From Candidatus Latescibacterota bacterium (GTDB lineage Bacteria > Latescibacterota > UBA2968 > UBA8231), in NCBI GenBank assembly GCA_963422735.1, contig OY730476.1, forward strand, positions 2,848,001 through 2,912,000: a stretch of 64,000 nucleotides of DNA, in the 5' to 3' direction. Numbering within the stretch: the stretch's first letter is position 1; every line of letters starts with the position of its first letter. Shown piece after piece: positions 18,212 through 28,588 of the stretch. The position numbers and the translations under genes are program-made. The notes beneath the pieces were generated by a model that ran no database searches, had not been told where the DNA came from, and worked only from the letters and a program-made list of their open reading frames with translations.

Positions 18212-21200
18212 GACCCGGTAACCGGCGCAACCTCGACGGTTCCATCCCCGCTCAACCGCCCCCAAATCCCCTGTACTCCCAATAGCAGGCGCATTCCCAC
18301 CGGGACGCCCAGCAAAATGATGAAGGTGGCAAAGAGGATGCCAAAGCCCAAGCTGACGGCCATTGGGATTAGGAACTGCGCCTGGAGGCTTTTTTCGAGG
18401 ATCATCGGCAGTAGCCCAAAAAAGGTCGTCAGGGAGGTGAGCAGGATGGGGCGGAAGCGTGCGGTCCCGGCTGAGATTAGGGCTTCCTCGTGCGGCGTGC
18501 CCTCGCGCAGCCTCTGGTTGTAGAAGGTCAGCAGCACCAGCGAATCGTTGACCACCACGCCCGAGAGCGCGACGATCCCAAAGAGGCTCAAAAGTGCCAA
18601 GTCCAAGCCCATGAGCAGATGCCCCCAAACCGCGCCAATGATGCCGAAGGGAATCGCGCTCATAACGACGAGGGGCTGAGTGTACGATCTGAATGGCACG
18701 GCCAGCAACACGTAGATGGCGAAAAGAGCGATGATGAAGTTGAAGAACAGGCTCTGTAGCGAGTCCTGCTGCTCCTTCTGCTCGCCGCCGAAGCGGTAGC
18801 GCAGATCGGGATAGTCCTGGACCAACGCGGGCAGAAAAAACGCTTCGAGATCGCGGTTGATTTCGTCGGCATTGGCGACTTGGTCATCGACGGAGGCACT
18901 CACCCGCACGACGCGCTGGCCATCGGTGCGCTGGATGGAGGCATAGGCGTGGCCGAGGGTGACGGTGGCAACTTCTGCAAAGGGCACCTCGGCACCCGAA
19001 GGCGTGCGGACGCGCATCGAGCGTACATCGCCTAAGTTCCGGCGCTCGTCTTTGGGGTAGCGCACCATCACCCGCACGTCGTCCGAGCCGCGTTGGAAGC
19101 GCAGGGCTTGGTCGCCGTAAAAGCCTTGGCGCACTTGGCGGGCTAGATCGGCGAGCGTGAGGCCGAGGGTGCGGGCTTGGGGCTCGAGCTGGAGTTTCAT
19201 CTCCAGCTTGCCCTCCTCGAAGCTGTCTTGGATATCGCCGACGCCTGAGTACTCGGCGATTTTACCTTTGACGCGATCGACGGCCAACAAAAGTTGGTCG
19301 AAGTTGGCCGAGGCTAGCTCGACCTCAATGGGATTGCCGACGGAGAACAGCGATGAGGAAAAAACGATGGATTCAGGGCCGGGCACCTCGCCGACCAGTT
19401 GGCGCAGCCGCGACTCGATCTCAGCGCTGTCGAGATCGCGCTCCTCGGAAGGTTGCAGCTCGATGGTAACTTCGGCGAGGTGCCCTTGGCCCCGAGCCCC
19501 AGGAACACCCGAAAAGGAGGAACGCCGAGCCGTGGGTTGGTCGCCGATGTAGGTAAAAACATTGCGGTAGATTGAATCCCCGTCCTCGCGCTCGGCGTCG
19601 AGCTGATCGCGCAGGACGATGGCCTTTTCTTCGATGTGTCGCACGACCTTGGCGGTTTGGGTCGCCGTGGTGCCTTGGGGCATGTTGATCGATATCGTCA
19701 CCCAGTCGGATCCGATATCGGGCATGAACACAAACTTGAGATGACCGCCGGCGACCAGCCCGGCGGTGCACAGCATCAGCGCTAAGGCTAGGGCGGCACT
19801 GGAGATCGGATGGGCTAGCGCCAAGCGCAGCGCGGGTTGATAGGCGTTGCGGATAACGTACTTGAGGCCGCGGTCAAAGAGGACGACGAGCCGGGCGTGC
19901 CAATCGAGCGGGCGTATGAAAACCCTGCAAAAGAGGCGGTTGAGTGGCCCGTGCCCCTCAGAGGATAGGTGCGCTGGCAGGATGAACAGGCTCTCGATCA
20001 GCGACAGCAGGAGCACTGAGATGACGATCACGGGGATAACCGACATGAACTTGCCCATCATCCCCTCGACGAAAAACAGCGGCATAAAGGCAGCAATCGA
20101 AGTCATAATCGAAAACATGACCGGCGTGCCCACTTCGAGCGCACCATCAATGGCGGCGCGGCCGAAGGATTTTCCCTTCACGCGGTGGGCAAAAATGTTC
20201 TCACCGACGATGATCGCGTCGTCCACGACGATGCCCAAGGCCACGATAAAGGCGAACAGCGAAAGCATGTTGATTGAGGCGTCGAAAGGCTCCATCAGCA
20301 CGAAGGCCCCCAAAAAACTTATGGGGATGCCCATCATCACCCAGAAGGCCAGGCGCAAGTCGAGGAAGAGGCTCAGACAGATGAAGACCAGCACCAAACC
20401 AAGGCGGGCGTTGCGGACCAGCAAATCTATGCGACCGCGCAGGATGCGCGCATCGTCGCGAGCGTAGCCAATGTGGATCCCCGCCGGCAGGGTCGGGCGT
20501 TTGTCCTCAATGTACTGGCGGACATAATCGGAGATGTCGAGGGCGTTCTGGTCGCCAATGCGAAAGACCTGAACCACGGCCGCCGGCTGGCCGTTGAAGC
20601 GCGAGATGAGATCGGTATCCTCAAAACCATCGACGACCGTGCCCACGTCTTTGAGCTTGAGGGCGGTGCCGTCGGAGCGGGTGAGGACGACGACCTCTTC
20701 GTATTCGCGTCCCGAGCGCATCAGCCCCTGCGTGCGGAGCAATATCGCTCCGTCCTCGCTCTCGACGCTGCCGGCGGGTAGGTCAATACTCGTGCGGCGG
20801 ACGGCATCGGCGACCTGCGCGAAGGTTAAAGCGTAACGGCGCAGTGCCTCTTCGGAGACTTCGATGGCAATCTCATCGACGCGCACGCCCTTGAGCTCGA
20901 CCTGCGAAATGACGCCGCTGCTGCGCAGGTCGTCGCGCACCAACTCGGCGGCAACTTTGAGGGCCTTCTCCTCGACATCGCCATAGAGAACCACGTCGAT
21001 GGCTTGATTGCGGCGAGTCAGTTCCTTGATGACCGGCTCTTCGATCTCGGTGGGGAAGGTGTCGATGCGGTCAATTTCGTTTTTGATGTCGTCGAGGAGT
21101 CTGTCCATATCGGCACCGCGCTCTAGCTCAATACTGACTGAGCCCATGCCCTCAGAGGCTGTGGAGCGCACGCGACGCACCCCCTCTAGGCCGCGGACCC

Positions 21201-21411
21201 GCTCCTCGATGCGCTTGCAGACGGCGTCTTCGACCTCGGCCGGGGTCGCACCCAGATAGGGCACTTGGATTTGCACCTGGTCGAGCGACATCTCGGGGAA
21301 GGTTTCTTTCTTGGTCTGCATCATGGAAAACAGGCCGCTCAACATGATGAAACCCATCAGCAGATTGGCGGCGACGTGGTTTTTCGCCATCCAAGATACG
21401 GGTGCTTTCAC
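18208..21411 (-). CDS. RND efflux permease (AcrB/AcrD/AcrF family)
   Basis: GIVVDDAIIVGEN and RFRPILLTSLTT motifs; 1067 aa. Confidence 0.95.
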   Translation of the reverse strand: MKAPVSWMAKNHVAANLLMGFIMLSGLFSMMQTKKETFPEMSLDQVQIQVPYLGATPAEVEDAVCKRIEERVRGLEGVRRVRSTASEGMGSVSIELERGADMDRLLDDIKNEIDRIDTFPTEIEEPVIKELTRRNQAIDVVLYGDVEEKALKVAAELVRDDLRSSGVISQVELKGVRVDEIAIEVSEEALRRYALTFAQVADAVRRTSIDLPAGSVESEDGAILLRTQGLMRSGREYEEVVVLTRSDGTALKLKDVGTVVDGFEDTDLISRFNGQPAAVVQVFRIGDQNALDISDYVRQYIEDKRPTLPAGIHIGYARDDARILRGRIDLLVRNARLGLVLVFICLSLFLDLRLAFWVMMGIPISFLGAFVLMEPFDASINMLSLFAFIVALGIVVDDAIIVGENIFAHRVKGKSFGRAAIDGALEVGTPVMFSIMTSIAAFMPLFFVEGMMGKFMSVIPVIVISVLLLSLIESLFILPAHLSSEGHGPLNRLFCRVFIRPLDWHARLVVLFDRGLKYVIRNAYQPALRLALAHPISSAALALALMLCTAGLVAGGHLKFVFMPDIGSDWVTISINMPQGTTATQTAKVVRHIEEKAIVLRDQLDAEREDGDSIYRNVFTYIGDQPTARRSSFSGVPGARGQGHLAEVTIELQPSEERDLDSAEIESRLRQLVGEVPGPESIVFSSSLFSVGNPIEVELASANFDQLLLAVDRVKGKIAEYSGVGDIQDSFEEGKLEMKLQLEPQARTLGLTLADLARQVRQGFYGDQALRFQRGSDDVRVMVRYPKDERRNLGDVRSMRVRTPSGAEVPFAEVATVTLGHAYASIQRTDGQRVVRVSASVDDQVANADEINRDLEAFFLPALVQDYPDLRYRFGGEQKEQQDSLQSLFFNFIIALFAIYVLLAVPFRSYTQPLVVMSAIPFGIIGAVWGHLLMGLDLALLSLFGIVALSGVVVNDSLVLLTFYNQRLREGTPHEEALISAGTARFRPILLTSLTTFFGLLPMILEKSLQAQFLIPMAVSLGFGILFATFIILLGVPVGMRLLLGVQGIWGRLSGDGTVEVAPVTGS

Positions 21412-22655
21412 GGTTGACCTCCTAACCCGTCCGCGAAGCGCACCTGCATACCGTCGGTAACGCCGCTGAGCTGAGAGACGATGATCCGCTCTTCGGGGGC
21501 TATGTCGATATAAGCGAGTACTTCATCCTTGAGTGCGCGCACCACTTGCACTTGGCGGATATTGAGGACGCCGTCGCGGCCTACTGTCCACACGCGATCG
21601 CCTTGACGCAAAGCGACGCGGGGCAGGACGCGGACGCCATCGACGGTGCGGCCGGCAATGGCCACATCGACGAACATCCCCACCGTTAGCGGCGGGATGC
21701 CGTCGGCAATGTGGCCGTAGGGCGCTTCGACCTCTACTACTAAGCGGACCATGCGGCTTTGCGGGTCGAGTTCGCTCTCGGTGCGAACTACGCGACCGCC
21801 CCACTGGTACCGGCGGCCAGCAAAGGCCCCGCTGACCACGGTGCTGGCCCCTTCTCGGCTAAAGACAAAGGCGTGGGGATTGCCCTCGGCGTTGAGACCG
21901 GAGACGGACCCGATGTTAGGTGTGCTAGCCGCTGCGATGTCGATGGGTAGCGGCAAGGTGAACCACCCGAGGTCTTCGTCGGGGACGGGGACGACGATCT
22001 CGGCTTTTTCGATGCTGTATATCTGGGCGATGGCTTGGCCGACGTTGAGATGCTGGCCCACATCGACGCGGGCGGTGCGCACCCGGCCGGCAAATGGGGC
22101 GTACACTTGGGTGCGATCGAGGCGCAGCCGCGCTTCGGCGAGCCGCGCTTCGGCCCCTTGGAGGCCGGCCTCAGCGGCGCGTAGCTGAGGTTTGCGCAGC
22201 ACCAAGTCGGTGGGGGCTTGGTCTTCGGCGTGGAGCCGCTCCCACTCCTTTTCGGCGATGGCGGCTTCCTCGCGGGCCAAGTCGAGTTGGTAACGCACCT
22301 GCGCCACTTGGGCGGCAGCCTGTTGGACGGCGAGCTCGTAGTCGCGAGGATCAATCCGAAAGAGCAGCGTGCCCTTGGCGAAGGTCCCGCCGGGTTTGAA
22401 GTTGGCGTCCTTCCACACCACAATACCCGAGACCTGCGGCACTAGGTCAATCTGGGCGTCGGGGCGCACCGTGCCCTGCCCCTCGACTACGACTTGGACC
22501 TGCTGGAGCGGAGCGGCGATGACTTCGACGAGCGGGCCGGCATAGGAGCGGGAGACGCGCTGGGGCGGCTCGCGCATTGAGGCCAGCAGTTGAAAGGCCC
22601 CAAAGCCGAAGGCGAGGATGAGGACGGGCAAGACTATTTTGAAGACGCGCATCAT
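21408..22655 (-). CDS. RND periplasmic adaptor (membrane fusion protein)
   Basis: PQVSG, APFAG and GMFV motifs; directly upstream of the RND permease. Confidence 0.92.
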   Translation of the reverse strand: MMRVFKIVLPVLILAFGFGAFQLLASMREPPQRVSRSYAGPLVEVIAAPLQQVQVVVEGQGTVRPDAQIDLVPQVSGIVVWKDANFKPGGTFAKGTLLFRIDPRDYELAVQQAAAQVAQVRYQLDLAREEAAIAEKEWERLHAEDQAPTDLVLRKPQLRAAEAGLQGAEARLAEARLRLDRTQVYAPFAGRVRTARVDVGQHLNVGQAIAQIYSIEKAEIVVPVPDEDLGWFTLPLPIDIAAASTPNIGSVSGLNAEGNPHAFVFSREGASTVVSGAFAGRRYQWGGRVVRTESELDPQSRMVRLVVEVEAPYGHIADGIPPLTVGMFVDVAIAGRTVDGVRVLPRVALRQGDRVWTVGRDGVLNIRQVQVVRALKDEVLAYIDIAPEERIIVSQLSGVTDGMQVRFADGLGGQP

Positions 22656-24070
22656 TGCTGAATCTCCGCGTACTGAGAGGCTGCGGTAAAGCCTCCGCCA
22701 AGGGCGAGGTGCAAATCAATGCGTGTATCGAGCCGCTGGCGGCGGACGGCGAGCAGGCGGCTTTCAGCATCAAAGGCCCGGCGCTGAGACTCTAGCAGGG
22801 CGATGAGATCGGAAAGCCCTCTGGTGTAGCGATCTTCGGCCAAGGCGCGCGCAGCCACGGCTTCTTCGGCGGCCGTGGCTAGTGCTCGTTCTTGGTCGGC
22901 GAGCAAGCCTTCGGCATTCAGCGCCGCCTCCACCTCGCCGTATGCCCTAAGTGCGCTCTGTGCGTAGGCAAAGAGCGCTTGCTCGGCAGCGGAAGCGGCC
23001 TGATCAGCGCCGGCGCGCAAGCGCCCGCCTTGCAACAGGGGCTGGGCGATATTGCCCACGAGGTTCCAGACCGAAAAATTGCCATCGAGCAAGTCGCTCA
23101 ACGCGCTCGACGAGCGGCCCGTAGAGGCCGTGAGGCTGATGCGGGGCAACAGGGAGCGTCGGGCCTGGGCCAGCCGGCGGTCGGCCGCGGCGAGGCGGCG
23201 CTCAGCGGCCACGAGGTCGGGGCGTCGGCCCACGAGCTGGGCGGGCAGGCCGGCTGGAATCGAGCCACCGACGGCGGGCAGCTCGTCTCCGACCTCAATC
23301 CGGGCGCTGGGGTAGCGGCCCAAGAGCAATTCGAGCTGACGCAGGGCGGCATTCCTTTGCTGGCGACGTTGGGCGAGGGTCGCTTCGGCCGCAGCCAAGC
23401 TCGACCGGCCCAAGCGCACATCGAGCGACGAGCGCAAGCCGCGGCGATAGCGATCCTCTATCTGCTCGGTGGAGAGCCGGTAGTTTTCAACGGTCGCGTG
23501 CGCTAGCTCAACTTGATGATCCGCTTCGACCGCAGCGAAATAGGCTCGCGCCGTCTGCGCTGCCAGCGAGAGGTGCGCCGCACGAAAGTCAGCGGCTGCG
23601 GCTGCGGCGTCGGCGAGCGCGGCTTGGGCACCAGCACGCAGACGACCCCAGAGATCGGCTTCCCAACTCGCAGTCAGATCGACGCCAAAAGACGTGCTCT
23701 TGGAACTCAAGACTTGGTCTGGGTCGCGCCCAGGGATGGGCAGGCCGACGAAATTCTGTTTGCGCCGCGAGCCATTGGCATTGACGCCGAGCTGGGGCCA
23801 AAGCGGTGCACCAGCCCCCCGAGCTTGAGCTTGGGCCTGGGCGAGACGCGCACCGGCGGCCTTGAGGTCGTAGTTGTGCTCCAAGGCCAATGACACGAGA
23901 CTGTCGAGAGGTGCGGCCCCTATATCGCGCCACCAGTGATCGGCGACTGTATCCTCTGAGGCCCCAGCTATCCATTGGTTTGGCTGGGCCAAATCGAGGG
24001 CTGGATGTTCGGTTTTGGGAGCGGAAGTACAGGCGAGCAGAAACAGCACGGGGAGACACAACGGCCTCAT
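22652..24070 (-). CDS. Outer membrane efflux lipoprotein (NodT/TolC family)
   Basis: Start MRPLCLPVLFLLAC (lipobox); WEADLWGR, RRPDLVAAE and LALGGG motifs. Confidence 0.92.
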   Translation of the reverse strand: MRPLCLPVLFLLACTSAPKTEHPALDLAQPNQWIAGASEDTVADHWWRDIGAAPLDSLVSLALEHNYDLKAAGARLAQAQAQARGAGAPLWPQLGVNANGSRRKQNFVGLPIPGRDPDQVLSSKSTSFGVDLTASWEADLWGRLRAGAQAALADAAAAAADFRAAHLSLAAQTARAYFAAVEADHQVELAHATVENYRLSTEQIEDRYRRGLRSSLDVRLGRSSLAAAEATLAQRRQQRNAALRQLELLLGRYPSARIEVGDELPAVGGSIPAGLPAQLVGRRPDLVAAERRLAAADRRLAQARRSLLPRISLTASTGRSSSALSDLLDGNFSVWNLVGNIAQPLLQGGRLRAGADQAASAAEQALFAYAQSALRAYGEVEAALNAEGLLADQERALATAAEEAVAARALAEDRYTRGLSDLIALLESQRRAFDAESRLLAVRRQRLDTRIDLHLALGGGFTAASQYAEIQQ

Positions 24071-24933
24071 GGCAATTCTCCAGGGGAAGCAGCAAAGTCC
24101 GCGTACAGAGCTTCTATTTGTGCAGAGCCGGGATCTTGGTCTAGGACGAAGAAGGCGTAGTGCAGTTCCAAGCACTCGCCGGTGGCTAGCTCTAAGTCGC
24201 CTTCCATCAGCAGGCCCGCGCCTAGCAAGTTTGCGCGGGTAAACCAAGTGACTGGGTGGCGCGGGTTGGCCGGGTGATCCATGAGCGCGACAAAGCCGCC
24301 GCTTTTCCCGCGCACCCCGACCCAACGGGCGCGCTGACCCATGATGTCTGCGTGGCCGCGGCGTCCCTCGCTACAATAGTGGGCTGCCTCGGCAAAAGGA
24401 GGCCCCATGCGCAGTTCCAAGCCCGAGTAGCGCGCCGCCCGAGAGGCCCCCATCACCAGCCGGTCGCCGGCTGGCTCAATGCGCGTGGATATCCGCAAAC
24501 AGTAGCCGCCCGCGGTGCTGTGAAAGCCGAAAGAGCGCGACTCCAGTGCCATGCGCTGATCGCGGCCATCGAGCCAAAAAAGCGACTCGGTCACAGAGGC
24601 CGCTTCCAAGGCCGTGAAGCGATCGTGCTGCTGCACGCCGTGGCTGCCGGCGATGTATTCGTATTTCTTTTTTTTTGGCAAATACCAAGGCCCGCCCCAC
24701 AAGTTCGCGTCGTTGACGTGGACCCAGCCAAAGTACAGCCCGGTGTGCCAAGCGTGGTCGGGCGGGCGATACTCGGTCACGAGCTGGCCGGAAAGCGTGT
24801 ACAGGGGTGCGAAGCAGGGCTTGGGGGATTCGCTGCGGGGCAGCTCCTCGGTGGCGCGGTACAGGGCGAGCAGCCGATCGGCCGCGTGGATTTCAACGCC
24901 GAGGGCGTTTTCTCGCAGTGCAAAGGCGCACAT
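24067..24933 (-). CDS. PmoA-like/DUF6807 family protein
   Basis: PKPCFAPL...DHAWHTGL and DHPANPRHP motifs. Confidence 0.7.
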   Translation of the reverse strand: MCAFALRENALGVEIHAADRLLALYRATEELPRSESPKPCFAPLYTLSGQLVTEYRPPDHAWHTGLYFGWVHVNDANLWGGPWYLPKKKKYEYIAGSHGVQQHDRFTALEAASVTESLFWLDGRDQRMALESRSFGFHSTAGGYCLRISTRIEPAGDRLVMGASRAARYSGLELRMGPPFAEAAHYCSEGRRGHADIMGQRARWVGVRGKSGGFVALMDHPANPRHPVTWFTRANLLGAGLLMEGDLELATGECLELHYAFFVLDQDPGSAQIEALYADFAASPGELP

Positions 24934-24935
24934 AG

Positions 24936-25871
24936 CTATTTCTCCAATTCTCGTTTGAACCATGCAATCGTCCGGCCCAGCCCTTCGTCCGGCCCCACGC
25001 GGGGCGTCCAGCCGAGTAGGGAACGGGCCTTGGCAATGTCGGGCAGGCGGACCCGGGGGTCGCCCTGCGGCAGATCGCAAAAGGCGACGCGGCTCTTGGC
25101 CCCGGTCATGGCGATGATCTTGCGGGCCAAGTCCAGCATGGTGATTTCACCGGGATTGCCGAGGTTGACCGGGGTCTTCACATCGGACAGCATGAGCTTA
25201 TAGAGACCAGTGATTAAGTCGCTGTAGTGACAGATGCTGCGCGTTTGCTGGCCGTCGCCATAGACAGCCAGATCGCGACCCTTGAGGGCTTGGACGATGA
25301 AGCTGGGCACGGCACGGCCGTCGTCTTGGCGCATGCGCTCGCCATACGTATTGAATATGCGTGCAATGCGCACGTCCGTGCCGTGCAGGCGGTGGTACGC
25401 CATGGTCATGGCTTCGGCAAAGCGCTTGGCCTCATCGTACACGCCGCGGATGCCAATGGGGTTGACGTTGCCGAGGTATTCCTCGGACTGGGGATGCACC
25501 AAGGGGTCGCCATAGACTTCCGAAGTGGAGGCCAGAAGGAACTTGGCCTGCTTGGCCACGGCCAATCCCAAGGTTTTGTGCGTACCCAACGCGCCAACCT
25601 TGAGGATGTTTATGCCCAGCCTCTCGAAGTCGGCTGGGCTAGCCGGGCTGGCGAGGTGTAGAATGAAGTCGAGCGAACCATCTATGTGGATGTAGTTGGT
25701 GACATCGTATTGAATAAACTGGAATCGCGGATGGCTGAGCAGATGGGTGATGTTCTCGGGCCGGCCCGTGAGGAAGTTGTCCATGCAGATGATTTCGCAG
25801 CCTTTTTCCAGCAATAAGTCGCTAAGGTGCGACCCCAAGAAACCTGCGCCGCCGGTGATTAGCACGCGCAT
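24936..25871 (-). CDS. UDP-glucuronate decarboxylase family NAD-dependent epimerase/dehydratase
   Basis: [34 protein letters not shown] and RIFNTYG motifs. Confidence 0.93.
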   Translation of the reverse strand: MRVLITGGAGFLGSHLSDLLLEKGCEIICMDNFLTGRPENITHLLSHPRFQFIQYDVTNYIHIDGSLDFILHLASPASPADFERLGINILKVGALGTHKTLGLAVAKQAKFLLASTSEVYGDPLVHPQSEEYLGNVNPIGIRGVYDEAKRFAEAMTMAYHRLHGTDVRIARIFNTYGERMRQDDGRAVPSFIVQALKGRDLAVYGDGQQTRSICHYSDLITGLYKLMLSDVKTPVNLGNPGEITMLDLARKIIAMTGAKSRVAFCDLPQGDPRVRLPDIAKARSLLGWTPRVGPDEGLGRTIAWFKRELEK

Positions 25872-26021
25872 TATGTAGGCTCCTTTCTTTGCTGGTGGTC
25901 CGGCAATTTGCCGCTCGCTTTACTCCTAAGACAACCTAAAAATGTATTGCTGTCTTAGGCAATTTCCAACCTCGACTCGGAGACGCAATTCTTCCGAGGT
26001 GTGCCGAGGCTCGGCTCGTGT

Positions 26022-26783
26022 CTAAGAGGCCTCCAGCCCCATGCTTTGGTGCTGGCTTTGCAGAGACTCTTGGTATCTCCGTCGGCCTTCCTCATCCACT
26101 TTGCAACCGACGCCTTCGAATACCATGGCAAAAGCCCGGCGGTGGTGCTTCGACGAGCGATTGGGGTCGGCTCGGTGGATGACTTCGCCGTGGTGGACTA
26201 CCGCGTCGCCGGGCTGCAAATGCACCGCGACTTCGTTGGCTTGGTCTTGGGGGCAGTAGTCGGCAATGCCCTGCGAAAAACCCAAGACCGCGGTTCGGCT
26301 ATGCGGCCGGATGCCCTTGCGGTGCGAGCCGGGGCTGTAGCGCAGGCAGCCGTTTTCTTCGCCAACCGGGTCGAGGGCCAGCCAAATGGAGGCGACGTTG
26401 GGCGGCGTGAGGTTGAAGTAGAAATTGTCCTGATGCGGCGGCGTGGGATGCTCGGTCTGCGGCGGTTTGTTGAACCACTCGGGCTGGCTCGCCCGTGCGG
26501 CTTCGCCGATGAGGGTCTGGGCTAGGGCCTTCCAGCGAGGTTGGTCGCGGTACCCGGAGAAGAAGGCGTCGTAGTCGCCCATGCGCTGTAGCTGTTTCAG
26601 GGTTTCGGGCCGGTCTTTGTCTTGGTAGAAGGCGGCCTGATCGGGTAGGGTCGGCACCACTTCGCGGATATAGCGGGCGACCTGGGCCGTTAGGTCTTCG
26701 AGTTCGTCGGGAGGCAGGAAGTTGCACAAGAGAACGAAGCCGTCGCGGTCATAAGCGGCTTTATAGGAGGTGTAGTCGGGCAT
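26022..26783 (-). CDS. Phytanoyl-CoA dioxygenase (PhyH) family protein
   Basis: HQD motif, W-L-A-L-D, ENGCL, PGSH and distal His; RBS GAGGAG upstream. Confidence 0.9.
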   Translation of the reverse strand: MPDYTSYKAAYDRDGFVLLCNFLPPDELEDLTAQVARYIREVVPTLPDQAAFYQDKDRPETLKQLQRMGDYDAFFSGYRDQPRWKALAQTLIGEAARASQPEWFNKPPQTEHPTPPHQDNFYFNLTPPNVASIWLALDPVGEENGCLRYSPGSHRKGIRPHSRTAVLGFSQGIADYCPQDQANEVAVHLQPGDAVVHHGEVIHRADPNRSSKHHRRAFAMVFEGVGCKVDEEGRRRYQESLQSQHQSMGLEAS

Positions 26784-26829
26784 GATGGCGCTCCTCAATT
26801 TTTCGGTCGCTCTGAGTCATTGTAACTAA

Positions 26830-27063
26830 CTGATGTTACGCAACCTCTGCCTTAAGACTCTTACGCCCGCTTGGTGGATGTGCGACCCTGGTGTTCACGC
26901 CAAGCAGGCATCAAGCTTAACCTCTTCACGAAGTGGAGAGACAATGCCCGTTTGAGGCTAGGGCGCTAGGCTGAATGTCCTGCCTAAAGGCCGGGTGAAG
27001 CGCGGGAATGACGACGGGCGGAGCCGCAAGCCGCAGACGCTACATAAGGCTGCGTAACATCAG
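26830..27063. mobile_element. MITE-like non-autonomous element with TIRs and a 7-bp target-site duplication
   Basis: TIR CTGATGTTACGCA(A/G)CCT, 17 bp with 1 mismatch; direct repeat TAACTAA at 26823-26829 and 27064-27070; no ORF. Confidence 0.8.
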
Positions 27064-27105
27064 TAACTAACTTCATCGCAGAATAACAGTCAATTCGATC
27101 TATCC

Positions 27106-27432
27106 GTGCCTTTGGCCGGTAGCACCGTGCTGACCATGATGCACATCCTGCGCGAGAAGGGCTTTGTGGTCTCGGAGCGAGCAGGCCGGTACGATCTCTA
27201 CCGCCCGGTGGTCACGCGTGAGGATATGGGGCGGCGCTCGCTGAGCGAAATCATCGACTCGTTCTTTTTCAGCTCGGCCGAAGTGCTCGTCAGCCAACTG
27301 CTGGACGGCCAGTCGCTCACCGACGAGGAATTGACGGCGATCCGGGCGGAGTTGGACAACCGTGCATTGAAGAGTTGCCCTATCTGTAAAAACTCAAGGA
27401 GCAATTTCACGAGCAAAATGTTGAATTTTTAA
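27106..27432 (+). pseudogene. 5'-truncated BlaI/MecI/CopY-family regulator
   Basis: STVLTMMHILREKGFV...YRPVVTRE...FFSSAEVLVSQLL; the N-terminal helix is missing. Confidence 0.65.
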
Positions 27433-27565
27433 CAGTGAATATTGACCAAGATGATTCAGGGCGCAGAGATATGATGGCGAACTTTCGCTACCAGAGTGCA
27501 TCAAGTTTAACATTTGTATTGAGTGATTTGGAAATGCGAGAGGCATTTGGTTCTAACGAGATTCC

Positions 27566-28537
27566 CTACACCTGCCGCCGGCCACCCCGTTCGCAGAGCA
27601 GGTCCAACTCATTGCCGATGTTGTCTCGCCAGAAGTAGAGGTCTGGACGACGGTTCGCGTTGACGTGCTGCTTGATTATCTCGGCGATGACCCAATTCTC
27701 AAAAATCGCCCCGCGTAAATAGTGGGTGGCGAGTTGGGCGACTGACTCCAGTCCCAAAAGCGAGCAAAGCAGGCCCGTGTCGTAGAAATAGAGCTTGGGC
27801 GACTTGATGGGCCGCTTGGAAAAATTCTCGTGATACGGATAGAGGAGGAAGGCGATATAACTCGCTTCCAATACCGCAATCCAAGCGCATACCGTCTTGT
27901 AGTTGATCCCCAAGTCGTTGCCGAGGCCGCTCAAGTCGAGCGATTGTCCGACGCGTCCGGCACAGACCCGAAAAAACACTGGAAGGTGCTCAGATCGCCG
28001 ATATTGCGCAGGCTCCTCACGTCGCGTTCGACATAGGTCTGGATATAGGCCGGATAGTAGAAGGGCGGGGCGACGCCGAGATCGTAGAGGGCGGGATAGC
28101 CGCCTTTGAACAGGCTTTCGTCCAAGCTTAAATGAGTGCTAGCTGCAAGCTCCTGTTGGGAAAAGGGCAGCGTGTGCAGGGCGACGCGCCCGGCCAGCGA
28201 TTGGCTGACTTGCTCTAGCAACAGAAAATTCTGCGAGCCGATGAGGACGAATTGGCCCATGGTGCCGCGCTCGTCCACTAGGACCTGCAAATAGGAAAAT
28301 AATGCCGGAACCTTCTGCGCCTCGTCGATGATCAGCCCCTGATCCTCGTACTTCGCTAGGAAGCACCGCGGATCTTCTTCGGCAGCTAAGCGGTCGTCGA
28401 GCCGTTCGAGATTAATCGGGGAAGACCTCGCGCACGAGCGTAGTCTTGCCCGACTGACGCGGGCCAGAGACCGAGAGGATTGGATAGAGTTGGGCCAACT
28501 TTTTGATCTGGGGGCTGAACTGACGTTGGATATACAT
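27566..28537 (-). pseudogene. AAA_14 ATPase + DUF4143 protein, frameshifted
   Basis: MYIQRQ...GPRQSGKTT in one frame, IIDEAQK...TYVERDV in a second, KSPKLYFYDTGL...GAIFEN...FWRD in a third. Confidence 0.85.
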
Positions 28538-28588
28538 TCTTTACAATATAAAATCTGGAATCCTATTTTATAAAGAAAGTTGGAGTCT

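Noticed and set aside
18212-18628. N-terminal extension of the CRTAC1 ORF
   Set aside because: It overlaps the RND gene in another frame; the lipobox places the real start near 18211.
10192-25661. Numerous overlapping 60-300 aa alternative-frame ORFs
   Set aside because: Expected in GC-rich DNA; Arg/Pro/Ala-rich, no motifs, and they overlap well-supported genes.
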